Source of the DNA: a virus
Taxonomy: Duplodnaviria; Caudoviricetes
Length of the DNA stretch: 64,000 nucleotides
Direction: 5' to 3' (one strand)
Virus record (IMG/VR): IMGVR_UViG_3300043394_000122
Location: 2,423 to 66,422 of that record
Part shown: positions 27,567 to 35,359 of the stretch, one piece after another
Layout of the letters: the number at the start of each line of letters is the position of its first letter
How positions within the stretch are numbered: the first letter of the stretch is position 1
Notes under the pieces: generated by a model
What the model was told of the DNA's origin: nothing
Databases searched by the model: none
The model's input: the letters and a program-made list of their open reading frames with translations, nothing else
Translations under genes and position numbers: made by a program

Positions 27567-28046
27567 ATGCTTAAGACCCACGCTGTTATCGCCATGCCCA
27601 CACACGTAAACGCCACGAACGCCATCCAGGTGATGGCGCAGGGCGCGACCTACTGGAGACTCGGAGCGGAGTCTCTGGTGCCTGAGTACCTCGCGGACGC
27701 AGATGCGCTGCGGGCGCGGGTGGTTGGCGAGTTGGCGCAACAACCCCGCTACGCCGGCCAGACGCAAGCCAGCAAAAACGGCGATCGCGTAATCGCCATG
27801 CAAGGCTCCGGCCTGAAGACCATGAGCGACCGAATCCTTCGCGCTGTGGCCTCGCTGGCGGGCACGACGGGCAAAAAGGGCACGAAGGCCGGTCAGAAGA
27901 CAAAGGTCAACAAGGCCGAGACCGAGGACGTCATCATCCCTCAAGAACTCCTGGCCGCTGCCGCGAAGCTCGCCAAGCTGGCGCAGCAATACGAAGACGC
28001 CCGAAAGCTGGCGAGCAAGGCCCTGGCCCAGGCGTTCGCCAAGTGA
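27567..28046 (+). CDS. First early gene, hypothetical
   Basis: CAGGAG RBS with ATG at 27567; K-rich linker near the C-terminus. Confidence 0.75.
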   Translation: MLKTHAVIAMPTHVNATNAIQVMAQGATYWRLGAESLVPEYLADADALRARVVGELAQQPRYAGQTQASKNGDRVIAMQGSGLKTMSDRILRAVASLAGTTGKKGTKAGQKTKVNKAETEDVIIPQELLAAAAKLAKLAQQYEDARKLASKALAQAFAK

Positions 28047-28048
28047 GC

Positions 28049-28067
28049 TAGTGTCACGTTGACACTA
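28049..28067. promoter_or_regulatory. Palindromic operator-like site 2
   Basis: TAGTGTCA-CGT-TGACACTA immediately after the stop codon. Confidence 0.65.
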
Positions 28068-28074
28068 AACCCGT

Positions 28075-28100
28075 GCCCGGCGGTTCCGGGCTTTTCTTTT
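28075..28100 (+). terminator. Intrinsic terminator
   Basis: GCCCGG-CGGTT-CCGGGC-TTTTCTTTT. Confidence 0.65.
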
Positions 28101-28244
28101 GGAGGAAGTCACCATGTCCCGCATTCATCCCCGCGTCTCTGTCGCTGCCTCGCGCCGCATTTATCTAGGCATTCCTTGCATAACCCCATGCAAAAAACAC
28201 ATAGTGGACATCTGTCCCGCAATCCACCAAGCGCGGCCACCACC

Positions 28245-28512
28245 GTGGACGCACTAAGTCCTTGTCCTGCTTCGACTTCTCTCTATATATACATATATAA
28301 CCTATAACCTAGTAGTAGTAGTAGAAGGCTTTTTGTCTTTGTCTGGGGCTTGCTCTTCCCTCTTTCTTTTTTCTTTTCTTTCCTCTTTCTGGAAAGATGC
28401 TGTGCTAGAAAAAGTGCCCAAGCGATACAGACTTGCCCTTTCTTCAAGCGTGACCTAGACTTAGTGCGTCCACTTTGCTGGCCACTTCTGGTCACTTACG
28501 GGACACTTCCGG
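28245..28512. other. Candidate replication origin
   Basis: Perfect 16-bp inverted repeat GTGGACGCACTAAGTC (28245-28260) / GACTTAGTGCGTCCAC (28458-28473) bracketing an AT- and pyrimidine-rich core; CACTT at 28471, 28483, 28493 and 28504. Confidence 0.45.
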
Positions 28513-28554
28513 CTTTCGCTGGACGCAACTTCACATCGTGAAAAGGAGATCGAC

Positions 28555-29319
28555 ATGAAATACCCTTTCCCCCAACCCTACCCGACCTTTCGTGTCTGCC
28601 CGATGTGCGGGCGGCGCATGCGGCTGGTGAATTTCCGGCGCTGGGAAGTCGCCACCAACAAGAGCATGCTGCACGAGGTGTGCAACGACTGCGACCCCAC
28701 GCCCAACCTTTCGGAGATGACTCCTGATCAGCGACAGCGTGCGCTGCGCGCAGGGGCTGCGAACCCTGCGATCGTGGAGCGTATGCACGAGGCGCGCATT
28801 GCGCAGCGGGCACAAGTGGCGAGCACCCGCACGACATCCCGACACAAGGGGGAGCGCATTCGTGCATGGCAAGCGGCGATACTCACTCCACTGCATGAGG
28901 AGATCAAGTGGGCGCGAGTCAATGCGGAGGGCACCAAGCGCATGCAGTCCGACATGGCGGCGCTGACGGTTCGGCATCCGGACTATGACCGCAAGGTGCT
29001 GCGCATTGCAGCGCAGTGGGAGGAGTTCTTCACGGTCTACCTGCAGGTACTGGAGGACATGCGGCGGCGCTGTCGTGCGAAGCTGGGGCAGCGACACCGG
29101 ACCAAGATCGCGCCCACTCAGCCCACGCCCAAGGATGCGGACCCTATGACGTACACATTTCCCGAGACGCTGACCTCGTTGCGCGCGCTGCACCTCAAGT
29201 GCACGCCCTTCCCCAAGCGCAGGCCGTTCCGTGACCCGTGGTTCCTAGAGTGGGACAAGCCAAAACAAACGCAACGCCAGCCCGAGGAGGAGCCCGGTGC
29301 CGATGAGATGGATGACTAA
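28555..29319 (+). CDS. Hypothetical protein with N-terminal Zn finger
   Basis: CPMC...CNDC; AAGGAG RBS; basic and helical. Confidence 0.75.
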   Translation: MKYPFPQPYPTFRVCPMCGRRMRLVNFRRWEVATNKSMLHEVCNDCDPTPNLSEMTPDQRQRALRAGAANPAIVERMHEARIAQRAQVASTRTTSRHKGERIRAWQAAILTPLHEEIKWARVNAEGTKRMQSDMAALTVRHPDYDRKVLRIAAQWEEFFTVYLQVLEDMRRRCRAKLGQRHRTKIAPTQPTPKDADPMTYTFPETLTSLRALHLKCTPFPKRRPFRDPWFLEWDKPKQTQRQPEEEPGADEMDD

Positions 29320-29356
29320 CGCTTTTCGTGGAGGGCTTCGGCCCCTCGTTTCTTTC

Positions 29357-29375
29357 TAGTGTCATGGTGACACTT
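29357..29375. promoter_or_regulatory. Palindromic operator-like site 3
   Basis: TAGTGTCA-TGG-TGACACTT, after a UUCG hairpin and upstream of an extended -10 (TG-C-TATGCT, 29396-29404). Confidence 0.6.
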
Positions 29376-29458
29376 TAATTTTGATGGAGGTTCTTTGCTA
29401 TGCTGATTCGATACACTCAATTCACTGACAATCAATACGCACTGAAGGAGAAGGCCAA

Positions 29459-29659
29459 GTGACCAACCCCGACAACAAGCGATACGCCTTCTACATCAGC
29501 TTGTACCCTGCGCTTCCCTACGATGAGGGTGGCGAGTCTGTGACCGTGCGATGGGAGAACCTGACCCGCACCCAAGCGCAGCGCATGTTCAAGGCAACCG
29601 AGCAGCGCACGCCCAAGGGCGTGTTCGCTTACGGCTGGTCAGAAGAAGGGAGTGCGTGA
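29459..29659 (+). CDS. Hypothetical protein
   Basis: 66 aa, GAAGGAG RBS, GTG start. Confidence 0.65.
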   Translation: MTNPDNKRYAFYISLYPALPYDEGGESVTVRWENLTRTQAQRMFKATEQRTPKGVFAYGWSEEGSA

Positions 29660-29660
29660 A

Positions 29661-29762
29661 ATGAAAACCCGCAACCCGGCAGACCATGCCGCTACTGGCG
29701 ACCTCGCCGTCCTCGTGCTGTTCCTCATCTTCCTCGCGCTCATTGCGCTAGGCGTGGTGTAG
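29661..29762 (+). CDS. Small single-TM protein (33 aa)
   Basis: MKTRNPADHAATGDLAVLVLFLIFLALIALGVV; below the ORF-track cutoff. Confidence 0.5.
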   Translation: MKTRNPADHAATGDLAVLVLFLIFLALIALGVV

Positions 29763-29798
29763 GCACGCACAGAAGGAACAGTCATCAAAGAGCCCAAA

Positions 29799-29825
29799 GC
29801 TGCAGTGACACGCTGTCACTGCAGC
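29799..29825. promoter_or_regulatory. Palindrome, operator variant
   Basis: GCTGCAGTGACA-CGC-TGTCACTGCAGC, 12-bp arms; core AGTGACA-N3-TGTCACT. Confidence 0.45.
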
Positions 29826-29855
29826 GCACCAACCTCAACCCCAAAGGAGAACACC

Positions 29856-30254
29856 ATGTCTGCATTCGTCGTTTCCGACAAGCACATCAACACGCTCATC
29901 ACCTGGGCTTACAACAACAAAGTCCAGTACTACAAAGATCGCTGGGTGGATATCAACCAAACGCCGACGCACGCCGCCAATACCTTGTACGCCGAGAACG
30001 TGCGCTCAGTGAACAGCCGCTACAACGAGCGCAGCAAGACCCAGTACGACCGCTTCCGCTTCGTGCCTGTGCAGGATCTGCCCGATGCCATCGGCATCAT
30101 CAAGCTCTGCCACTGCCTGCAGTACCAAAGCTGCGAGCACAAGGGCTGGGACAAGAGCGAGGCCAAGAAGCTTCTGCAGGCTATCGAGGAGTACGCCATG
30201 CGCGCCCTCCCGGGCTTCGAGAAAGCCTACAACGCTGCCGAGTGGAGCATCTAA
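29856..30254 (+). CDS. Hypothetical phage protein
   Basis: AAAGGAG RBS; MSAFVVSDKHIN...YQSCEH..W; 132 aa. Confidence 0.75.
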   Translation: MSAFVVSDKHINTLITWAYNNKVQYYKDRWVDINQTPTHAANTLYAENVRSVNSRYNERSKTQYDRFRFVPVQDLPDAIGIIKLCHCLQYQSCEHKGWDKSEAKKLLQAIEEYAMRALPGFEKAYNAAEWSI

Positions 30255-30270
30255 CTCAAGGAGAACTGCA

Positions 30271-30633
30271 ATGAAGCTCAAGACAAGTGAACTGATCGGC
30301 CCTGCCCTGGACTATGCAGTGGCGAAGTGTATGGAACAAGGCAAACCCGCTGGGTACTGGACGGGCGCAGTTGAGCGCAAAAACTTCGATCCTTCAGCCA
30401 ACTGGTCCCAAGGCGGGCCGATCATTGAGCGGGAGAGGATCAAAGTCGCCCCGAACCTTAACGGCACATGGCATGGCCAAATCCGCCACACAAAAGCGCA
30501 CCCGCTTGTGGCCCACCCGGTATTGGCTGGATGGACGAATAAGCACGGCCCCACCTCCCTGATCGCAGCCATGCGCTGCTACGTTGCCAGCAAGCTGGGC
30601 GATGAGGTTGATATCCCGGAGGAACTGCTGTGA
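30271..30633 (+). CDS. DUF2591/NinX-like protein
   Basis: MKLKTSELIGPALDYAVAKC...PS.NWSQGGPIIERE.I...GPT.LIAAMRCYVASKLGDEVDIPEEL. Confidence 0.8.
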   Translation: MKLKTSELIGPALDYAVAKCMEQGKPAGYWTGAVERKNFDPSANWSQGGPIIERERIKVAPNLNGTWHGQIRHTKAHPLVAHPVLAGWTNKHGPTSLIAAMRCYVASKLGDEVDIPEELL

Positions 30634-30842
30634 TTGAAGCCTCAACCCCTGGACCCTGGGCGGTAGATAACACGCTCCCCCATCATTGGGCCATCATCAA
30701 CACCAAGACGGGCAGGCGCAAGGTCATCGGCCCTGTGAGCAGGCCACGCCAGAAAAGCAAGGTCAACTACTTCGACCGTGCCTACGAAGAAGCCACCCGT
30801 CGCAACACTGCCCTGGCAGCATCCAAAGGAGAAACGAAATGA
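30630..30842 (+). CDS. Hypothetical protein
   Basis: 70 aa, GTGA-coupled. Confidence 0.6.
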   Translation: MIEASTPGPWAVDNTLPHHWAIINTKTGRRKVIGPVSRPRQKSKVNYFDRAYEEATRRNTALAASKGETK

Positions 30843-31033
30843 GCAAGTACACCAGCAAGGAAGTCTACGACGCCTTCCACCTGATGCACGAAATGGGTGG
30901 CGGTTTTGCACGTCGCCTCGCCGACGCATGGTTCTATGCAGACAGCGAGAACAAGTGGAGGATTGAGACTGCGTTTCCAGAGCTTGTAGATAAGTATGTC
31001 CGACTGATGACCACGGATATTTACAAGGCTTGA
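30839..31033 (+). CDS. Hypothetical protein, paralogue A (64 aa)
   Basis: MSKYTSKEVYDAFHLMHEMGGGFARRLADAWFYADSEN...; AAGGAG RBS. Confidence 0.8.
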   Translation: MSKYTSKEVYDAFHLMHEMGGGFARRLADAWFYADSENKWRIETAFPELVDKYVRLMTTDIYKA

Positions 31034-31052
31034 TCCTGTGCCATAATGGCAC
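31020..31052 (+). promoter_or_regulatory. Promoter-like box with palindrome over the -10 (second copy at 31860-31892)
   Basis: TTTACA-16 bp-CATAAT with extended TG; GTGCCAT-A-ATGGCAC palindrome centred on the -10. Confidence 0.5.
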
Positions 31053-31137
31053 CTCTCTATTCAGTGTTCCCCAACCCGGGGGCTACGGCCCCTTCTCTCG
31101 GGCATCCTGCCCATTCAACTGCAACTAGGAGTTAACC

Positions 31138-31617
31138 ATGTCTGAACTGAACATCATGAACGCCATCAACGCCGCCCTGTCCACGCTCATCGCCGAGCAC
31201 ACCCGACCGCTGGTGGCTCGCATCCAAGAACTGGAGAACAACAATACCGAGAACGAGCGCCGCATCCGCGACCTTGAGGTGGTCAAGAACTCTTTCGAGT
31301 TGTCCCTCGTGGATGCGCTCACCATGATCGCCAAGCAGGACAAGCGGATACACGAACTGGAACAAAACAAACAGTCCGCATACGAGCCCGGTGTGCTGGA
31401 CATCGCACAACTGTGCGCGGCACTGAAGCACGACGACGTGGTGCAGGAGTTGTGGCACCAACTGGAGGACCGTGTCCAAGGTGTCGCCTCTGCCGAGGCC
31501 GAGGAGGCAGTGTCCGATCACACCCGTGAGTACGACCACGACGAGATCGACAGCGACAGCGTGCGCGAGGCAGTGAACGAAGCGCTGGCCGACGCCGAGA
31601 TCCGCATCCGCGTCTAA
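31138..31617 (+). CDS. Coiled-coil hypothetical protein
   Basis: 159 aa, TAGGAG RBS; lies between the two repeat copies. Confidence 0.75.
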   Translation: MSELNIMNAINAALSTLIAEHTRPLVARIQELENNNTENERRIRDLEVVKNSFELSLVDALTMIAKQDKRIHELEQNKQSAYEPGVLDIAQLCAALKHDDVVQELWHQLEDRVQGVASAEAEEAVSDHTREYDHDEIDSDSVREAVNEALADAEIRIRV

Positions 31618-31665
31618 TGGGGCACGGTGTCCCAACAACCCGGGGGCTTCGGCCCCCTTCACCTC

Positions 31666-31939
31666 AAGGAGAAACGAAATGAGCAAGTACACCAGCAAGG
31701 AACTTCACGACGCCTTCCACCTGATGCACGAAATGGGTGGCGGTTTTGCACGTCGCCTCGCCGACGCATGGTTCTATGCAGACAGCGAGAACAAAGGCAG
31801 GATCGAGACTGCGTTTAGTGACCTCGTGGATAAGTATGTCCGACTGATGACCACGGATATTTACAAGGCTTGATCCTGTGCCATAATGGCACTTCCCTAT
31901 TCAGTGTTCCCCAACCCGGGGGCTATGGCCCCCTTCTCT
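31666..31939 (+). repeat. 274-bp direct repeat, copy 2
   Basis: See copy 1. Confidence 0.95.
31679..31873 (+). CDS. Hypothetical protein, paralogue B (64 aa)
   Basis: MSKYTSKELHDAFHLMHEMGGG... Confidence 0.8.
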   Translation: MSKYTSKELHDAFHLMHEMGGGFARRLADAWFYADSENKGRIETAFSDLVDKYVRLMTTDIYKA

Positions 31940-31952
31940 CAAGGAGTTTCAA

Positions 31953-32939
31953 ATGTCGCACGAAATCGCTTTCTTCAATGGCCTCGCTCAGTACGCTTCC
32001 ACCCAACGCGAGTGGCACGGTCTGGGTCAACTCATGCCCGCTGGCCAGCCGCTGGAAGTCTGGGCCAAGCAGGCCGGGATGGAGTACAAGGTCCAACGCT
32101 CCCGCATCCGCTACGCCACGATGCGCCTGGACGAGAACGTCGCCGCCGTCAACCAACTGCGCGCTCTCGATGACAAGATCGTCTTGTTCCGCAGCGACAG
32201 CGGTGCGCCCCTTGGCGTGGTGTCCGACAGCTACAAGGTCGTGCAACCCATCGAGGTGCTGGAGTTCTTCCGTGACTGGGCAGAACAGAACGCAGTGACG
32301 ATCGAGTCGGCGGGCGTGCTCTTCGGTGGCAAGCGCTACTTCGCCACTGCCAAGCTGTCCGATGGTGTGTACGTCGATGGGCACAAGGACAAGGTCGTGC
32401 CCTATGTTCTTCTCAGCACGTCGGCTGACGGTAGCCTCGCCACTGAGGCACGCTGGACCACGGTGCGCGTGGTGTGCAACAACACGCTTCGCATGGCAAT
32501 GGCAGACGCCAGCACGACGCATCGCACCACGCACCGCAGCAAGTTCAAGCCCGAGGCCGCACGCAATGCGATCGAGGCCGCGCATGCTGAGTTCGGCAGC
32601 TTCATGCAGACCGCCCGCACCCTGGCCAACATCAAGATGCAGCGTGACGAGGCCGAGTTCTTCACGGCCAAGCTCTTCGCCAAGGGCACAGATACCGCCG
32701 CTCTTGACAAGGCGCGTGAGACTTCGGGCTTCGACACCATCCTGCGCCTGTTCGATGGCGCTGCGCGTGGCGGTGAGCTTGAGTCTGTGCGCGACACCCG
32801 CTGGGCGTGGCTCCAGGCGTGCACGGAATTTGTGGACCACCACACCCGTGCCAGGACAGAAGAGAATCGTCTGTCCTCATCGCTCTGGGGTGCCGGGGAC
32901 GCCTTGAAGCAGCAAGCCTTCGCACTGATCACTGCGTAA
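31953..32939 (+). CDS. DUF932 (phage/plasmid TIGR03299-like) protein
   Basis: WHGLGQ...AGM.Y.V...LGVVSDSYKVVQP.E...SAGVLFGGKR...STSADGS...T.VRVVCNNTL...RTTH.S. Confidence 0.88.
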   Translation: MSHEIAFFNGLAQYASTQREWHGLGQLMPAGQPLEVWAKQAGMEYKVQRSRIRYATMRLDENVAAVNQLRALDDKIVLFRSDSGAPLGVVSDSYKVVQPIEVLEFFRDWAEQNAVTIESAGVLFGGKRYFATAKLSDGVYVDGHKDKVVPYVLLSTSADGSLATEARWTTVRVVCNNTLRMAMADASTTHRTTHRSKFKPEAARNAIEAAHAEFGSFMQTARTLANIKMQRDEAEFFTAKLFAKGTDTAALDKARETSGFDTILRLFDGAARGGELESVRDTRWAWLQACTEFVDHHTRARTEENRLSSSLWGAGDALKQQAFALITA

Positions 32940-32947
32940 TTTCAACC

Positions 32948-32971
32948 GGGGGCTTCGGCCCCCTTTTCTTT
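32948..32971 (+). terminator. UUCG hairpin/terminator-like element
   Basis: GGGGGC-TTCG-GCCCCC-TTTTCTTT; one of five similar hairpins. Confidence 0.6.
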
Positions 32972-32983
32972 CAGGAGAAAGCT

Positions 32984-33640
32984 ATGGCAATCAAACTCAG
33001 CAAGACCACCAAGCTCGACGGCATCAAGTCGTGGAGCTTGCAAGCGTGGGACACCTGCCCAGGTGCCCGTGTGTACAAGACCGAGGCCGCTGTGCCCGCC
33101 TGCGACGGGTGCTATGCCCGAGGCGGTAAATACCATTTCAAGGACGTCAAGGCCATCCGCGAACACAACCGCGAAGACTGGCAGCGCGACGAGTGGGAGG
33201 CCGACATGATCGACGCCCTGTCCTGCGAGACCTACTTCCGCTGGCTCGACAGCGGCGACCTGTACAGCGTGGATCTGGCATGGAAGGTCTACACCGTTAT
33301 GTGCCTCACGCCACACGTACAGCACTGGCTCCCCACGCGCATGTACAAGTTCGCCAAGTTCACAGAGGTGCTCGACGCCATGCGCGCACTGCCCAATGTC
33401 TCGGTGCGCTTCTCGTCTGACTCTGTGTCTGGTGAGTTCACTCCTGGGGTGCACGGCTCGACCATCGTGGCTGACCGCAGCCAACTGCGCCCGGGCGTGG
33501 CCCTGTGTGGGGCGTATACACGCGGCGGCGTGTGTGACGGGTGCCGTGCGTGCTGGGAAGACAAGGGAACAGTCATCGCCTATCTCGCACACGGGCAGCG
33601 CATGCGCCGCACCATCAAAATCATGCAGGCTAAAGCCTGA
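32984..33640 (+). CDS. GP88-like Cys-rich protein
   Basis: KLSKTTKL...SWSL.A..TCPG...CDGCYA...FRWLDSGDL...HWLPTR...LP.NV.VRFS...C.GCRACW; family recalled. Confidence 0.7.
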   Translation: MAIKLSKTTKLDGIKSWSLQAWDTCPGARVYKTEAAVPACDGCYARGGKYHFKDVKAIREHNREDWQRDEWEADMIDALSCETYFRWLDSGDLYSVDLAWKVYTVMCLTPHVQHWLPTRMYKFAKFTEVLDAMRALPNVSVRFSSDSVSGEFTPGVHGSTIVADRSQLRPGVALCGAYTRGGVCDGCRACWEDKGTVIAYLAHGQRMRRTIKIMQAKA

Positions 33641-33715
33641 GACAACGCGATCACTATCGCTAAGGGCCCCTCGGGGCCCGAGCAGCGCATGCGCCGCACC
33701 ATCAAAATCATGCAG
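33595..33715 (+). repeat. 34-bp exact direct repeat flanking two hairpins
   Basis: GCAGCGCATGCGCCGCACCATCAAAATCATGCAG at 33595-33628 and 33682-33715. Confidence 0.9.
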
Positions 33716-33803
33716 TCAAACGCTTGACTACGGCAACGTAATCGGAACACAATCAATGCCCTCGCCTGCGCTGTGCGGCGATGCTTAACGGAGATATCTC
33801 AAC

Positions 33804-34073
33804 ATGGAATTCAAGATCGAATCGGGCGTGCCCTACAAGTCCAAAGCTGGTGGACGTGGCCGCAAGCCTACGTACTTTCCCCTGGACAAAATGGAGATCG
33901 GCGACAGCTTCCTGATTCCCATCTCTGACTTGAGTGACAAGAAGGTCGTGGAGTCGTGGCGACGTAAGCTGCTGACCTACAAGAAGGCTTTCTACAAGAC
34001 CTTTGACGCTGAAGGTGTCGTGTTCCGCACGGTGCTGGAAGAAGGCGGGATCCGGGTGCACCGGACCAAGTAA
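33804..34073 (+). CDS. Small putative DNA-binding protein
   Basis: MEFKIESGVP...GRGRK..YFPLDKMEIGDSFLIP...EEGGIRVHR. Confidence 0.7.
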   Translation: MEFKIESGVPYKSKAGGRGRKPTYFPLDKMEIGDSFLIPISDLSDKKVVESWRRKLLTYKKAFYKTFDAEGVVFRTVLEEGGIRVHRTK

Positions 34074-34147
34074 GACAACGCAAAACGAAGTACTCAACGC
34101 TCCGCACAGTCGGAGCGTTTTCAATGGACAAACAATAGGAGATCGCT

Positions 34148-34345
34148 ATGAACTGGTTCCCCGCATACAAGAAGATGTTCCGCGTCCCCAGCGCCGAGAC
34201 GCTGGCCGCGCAGGAGCTTGAGGAGGCCAAGCGGCAACTACTGGCCGCGCACACTGCGCTGGACTATGCGCAGTCAATGGTTGAGTACCGCACCCGTCAG
34301 ATCGAGCGCCTGAAGACCATGCTGGTCGTGGAGGGGACGAAATGA
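34148..34345 (+). CDS. Hypothetical helical protein
   Basis: 65 aa, TAGGAG RBS. Confidence 0.7.
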   Translation: MNWFPAYKKMFRVPSAETLAAQELEEAKRQLLAAHTALDYAQSMVEYRTRQIERLKTMLVVEGTK

Positions 34346-34458
34346 AGAAAGAACGCGACATGATCGACTGCTTCATGGAATTTGCGTACTGGTTTATTGG
34401 TGTGTTGATAGGCTTGAGCATGTTGGCCGGTGTGCTTGCGTGGGTGTGGGAGCCATGA
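34342..34458 (+). CDS. Small single-TM protein (38 aa)
   Basis: MKKERDMIDCFMEFAYWFIGVLIGLSMLAGVLAWVWEP; ATGA-coupled on both sides. Confidence 0.55.
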   Translation: MKKERDMIDCFMEFAYWFIGVLIGLSMLAGVLAWVWEP

Positions 34459-34664
34459 GATGCCCCGAGTGCAACGCATGGACCGAAGTGCTGGAGACGA
34501 AGATGCGCGACCGGGGATACAAGTACCGGCGCTATCAGTGCGCCAACGGGCACCGGTTCTCCTCAAAAGAGGTTGTGATGAAGTACCTGCCCAGTGGCCT
34601 TTCCCGACCTATCGGGGTCAACCCCTTCAAGCACCAAGACAAGAAACACGAGCCGAACGGCTGA
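34455..34664 (+). CDS. NrdR-N-like zinc-ribbon protein
   Basis: MRCPEC...TEVLET...RRYQC..GHRFSS.E. Confidence 0.7.
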   Translation: MRCPECNAWTEVLETKMRDRGYKYRRYQCANGHRFSSKEVVMKYLPSGLSRPIGVNPFKHQDKKHEPNG

Positions 34665-34798
34665 AACAACTGGAGGATGCAACATGGTAGACACGAACCG
34701 AACGACTGAACAAACTGGAGGATTCAACATGGTAGACACGAACCTAACGATTGAAGCAATTGCAAAGCCAGTCTTAACAATTGCAAAGCCAGCCTTAA
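34646..34798 (+). repeat. Tandem repeats (45 bp x about 2.4; 21 bp x2)
   Basis: Units at 34646-34690, 34691-34735 and partial 34736-34755, each full unit carrying GGAGG...ATG; CAATTGCAAAGCCAG(T/C)CTTAA at 34757 and 34778. Confidence 0.85.
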
Positions 34799-34932
34799 TT
34801 GTCGGGTGGTGGGTGCTGTATCCAGGGACAACTCCCCAAACAAAACTTGCAATGTACGCTCGACCAACAGACGAGCAGATCAAGAACACAGAAACACTGC
34901 TGGGTTGGGGTTGGGAGGACGCAACATGGTGA
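34684..34932 (+). CDS. Hypothetical protein built from tandem duplications
   Basis: MVDTNRTTEQTGGFNMVDTNLTIEAIAKPVLTIAKPAL...EDATW; alternative start 34729. Confidence 0.5.
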   Translation: MVDTNRTTEQTGGFNMVDTNLTIEAIAKPVLTIAKPALIVGWWVLYPGTTPQTKLAMYARPTDEQIKNTETLLGWGWEDATW

Positions 34933-35060
34933 ACGAACAGTACGAAGGCCCCGCCCGCGAGCTAAAGCGCGCAGCGCAATTGGTCTTTTGGTTTTGGACC
35001 GCTGTGGCTGCAGTGGATCGCCTGTCCGCCGCCATCAAACAAGCGGAGGAACAGAAATGA
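34926..35060 (+). CDS. Small hypothetical protein (44 aa)
   Basis: GGAGG RBS; ends EEQK with ATGA overlap. Confidence 0.5.
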   Translation: MVNEQYEGPARELKRAAQLVFWFWTAVAAVDRLSAAIKQAEEQK

Positions 35061-35359
35061 AAAACACACCAAAGCTACAAGAGTCACTGGATGCCGCTGT
35101 TAATCGAATGACGTTCACCATAGATTCGATCATTGAAATCAACGCACTGAAGGCGGAAGTGATCCGGCTGCATCAAGTCAACAGAAAACTGACGCACGCC
35201 GCGCAGCAGATGCTCACGGTCCTTGAGAGCTTTGTGAAGTGGGCGGACCCCGACTGCGGTGACCCGACATGCGATGACTGCAACGCACTGCGCCCTACAT
35301 GGGCAGCGATTGAGGCTGGCAAGGCAGCGTTGGGCACGACGAAGGAGGAACAGAAATGA
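35057..35359 (+). CDS. Hypothetical protein
   Basis: 100 aa; CGDPTCDDC motif; ends EEQK. Confidence 0.65.
   Translation: MKNTPKLQESLDAAVNRMTFTIDSIIEINALKAEVIRLHQVNRKLTHAAQQMLTVLESFVKWADPDCGDPTCDDCNALRPTWAAIEAGKAALGTTKEEQK

Larger units (their letters stand above)
30826..31099 (+). repeat. 274-bp direct repeat, copy 1
   Basis: Near-identical to 31666-31939 at an offset of exactly 840 bp; contains RBS, 64-aa gene, promoter-like box and hairpin. Confidence 0.95.

Noticed and set aside
27056-27625. ORFs of 105-189 aa across the strand-switch region
   Set aside because: They overlap promoter, terminator and G-tract elements, lack an RBS and have unprotein-like composition.
28114-28257. 47-aa ORF after GGAGG (MSRIHPRVSV...)
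   Set aside because: It has an RBS but follows a terminator directly and runs into the origin-like repeat; no supporting motif, so left uncalled.
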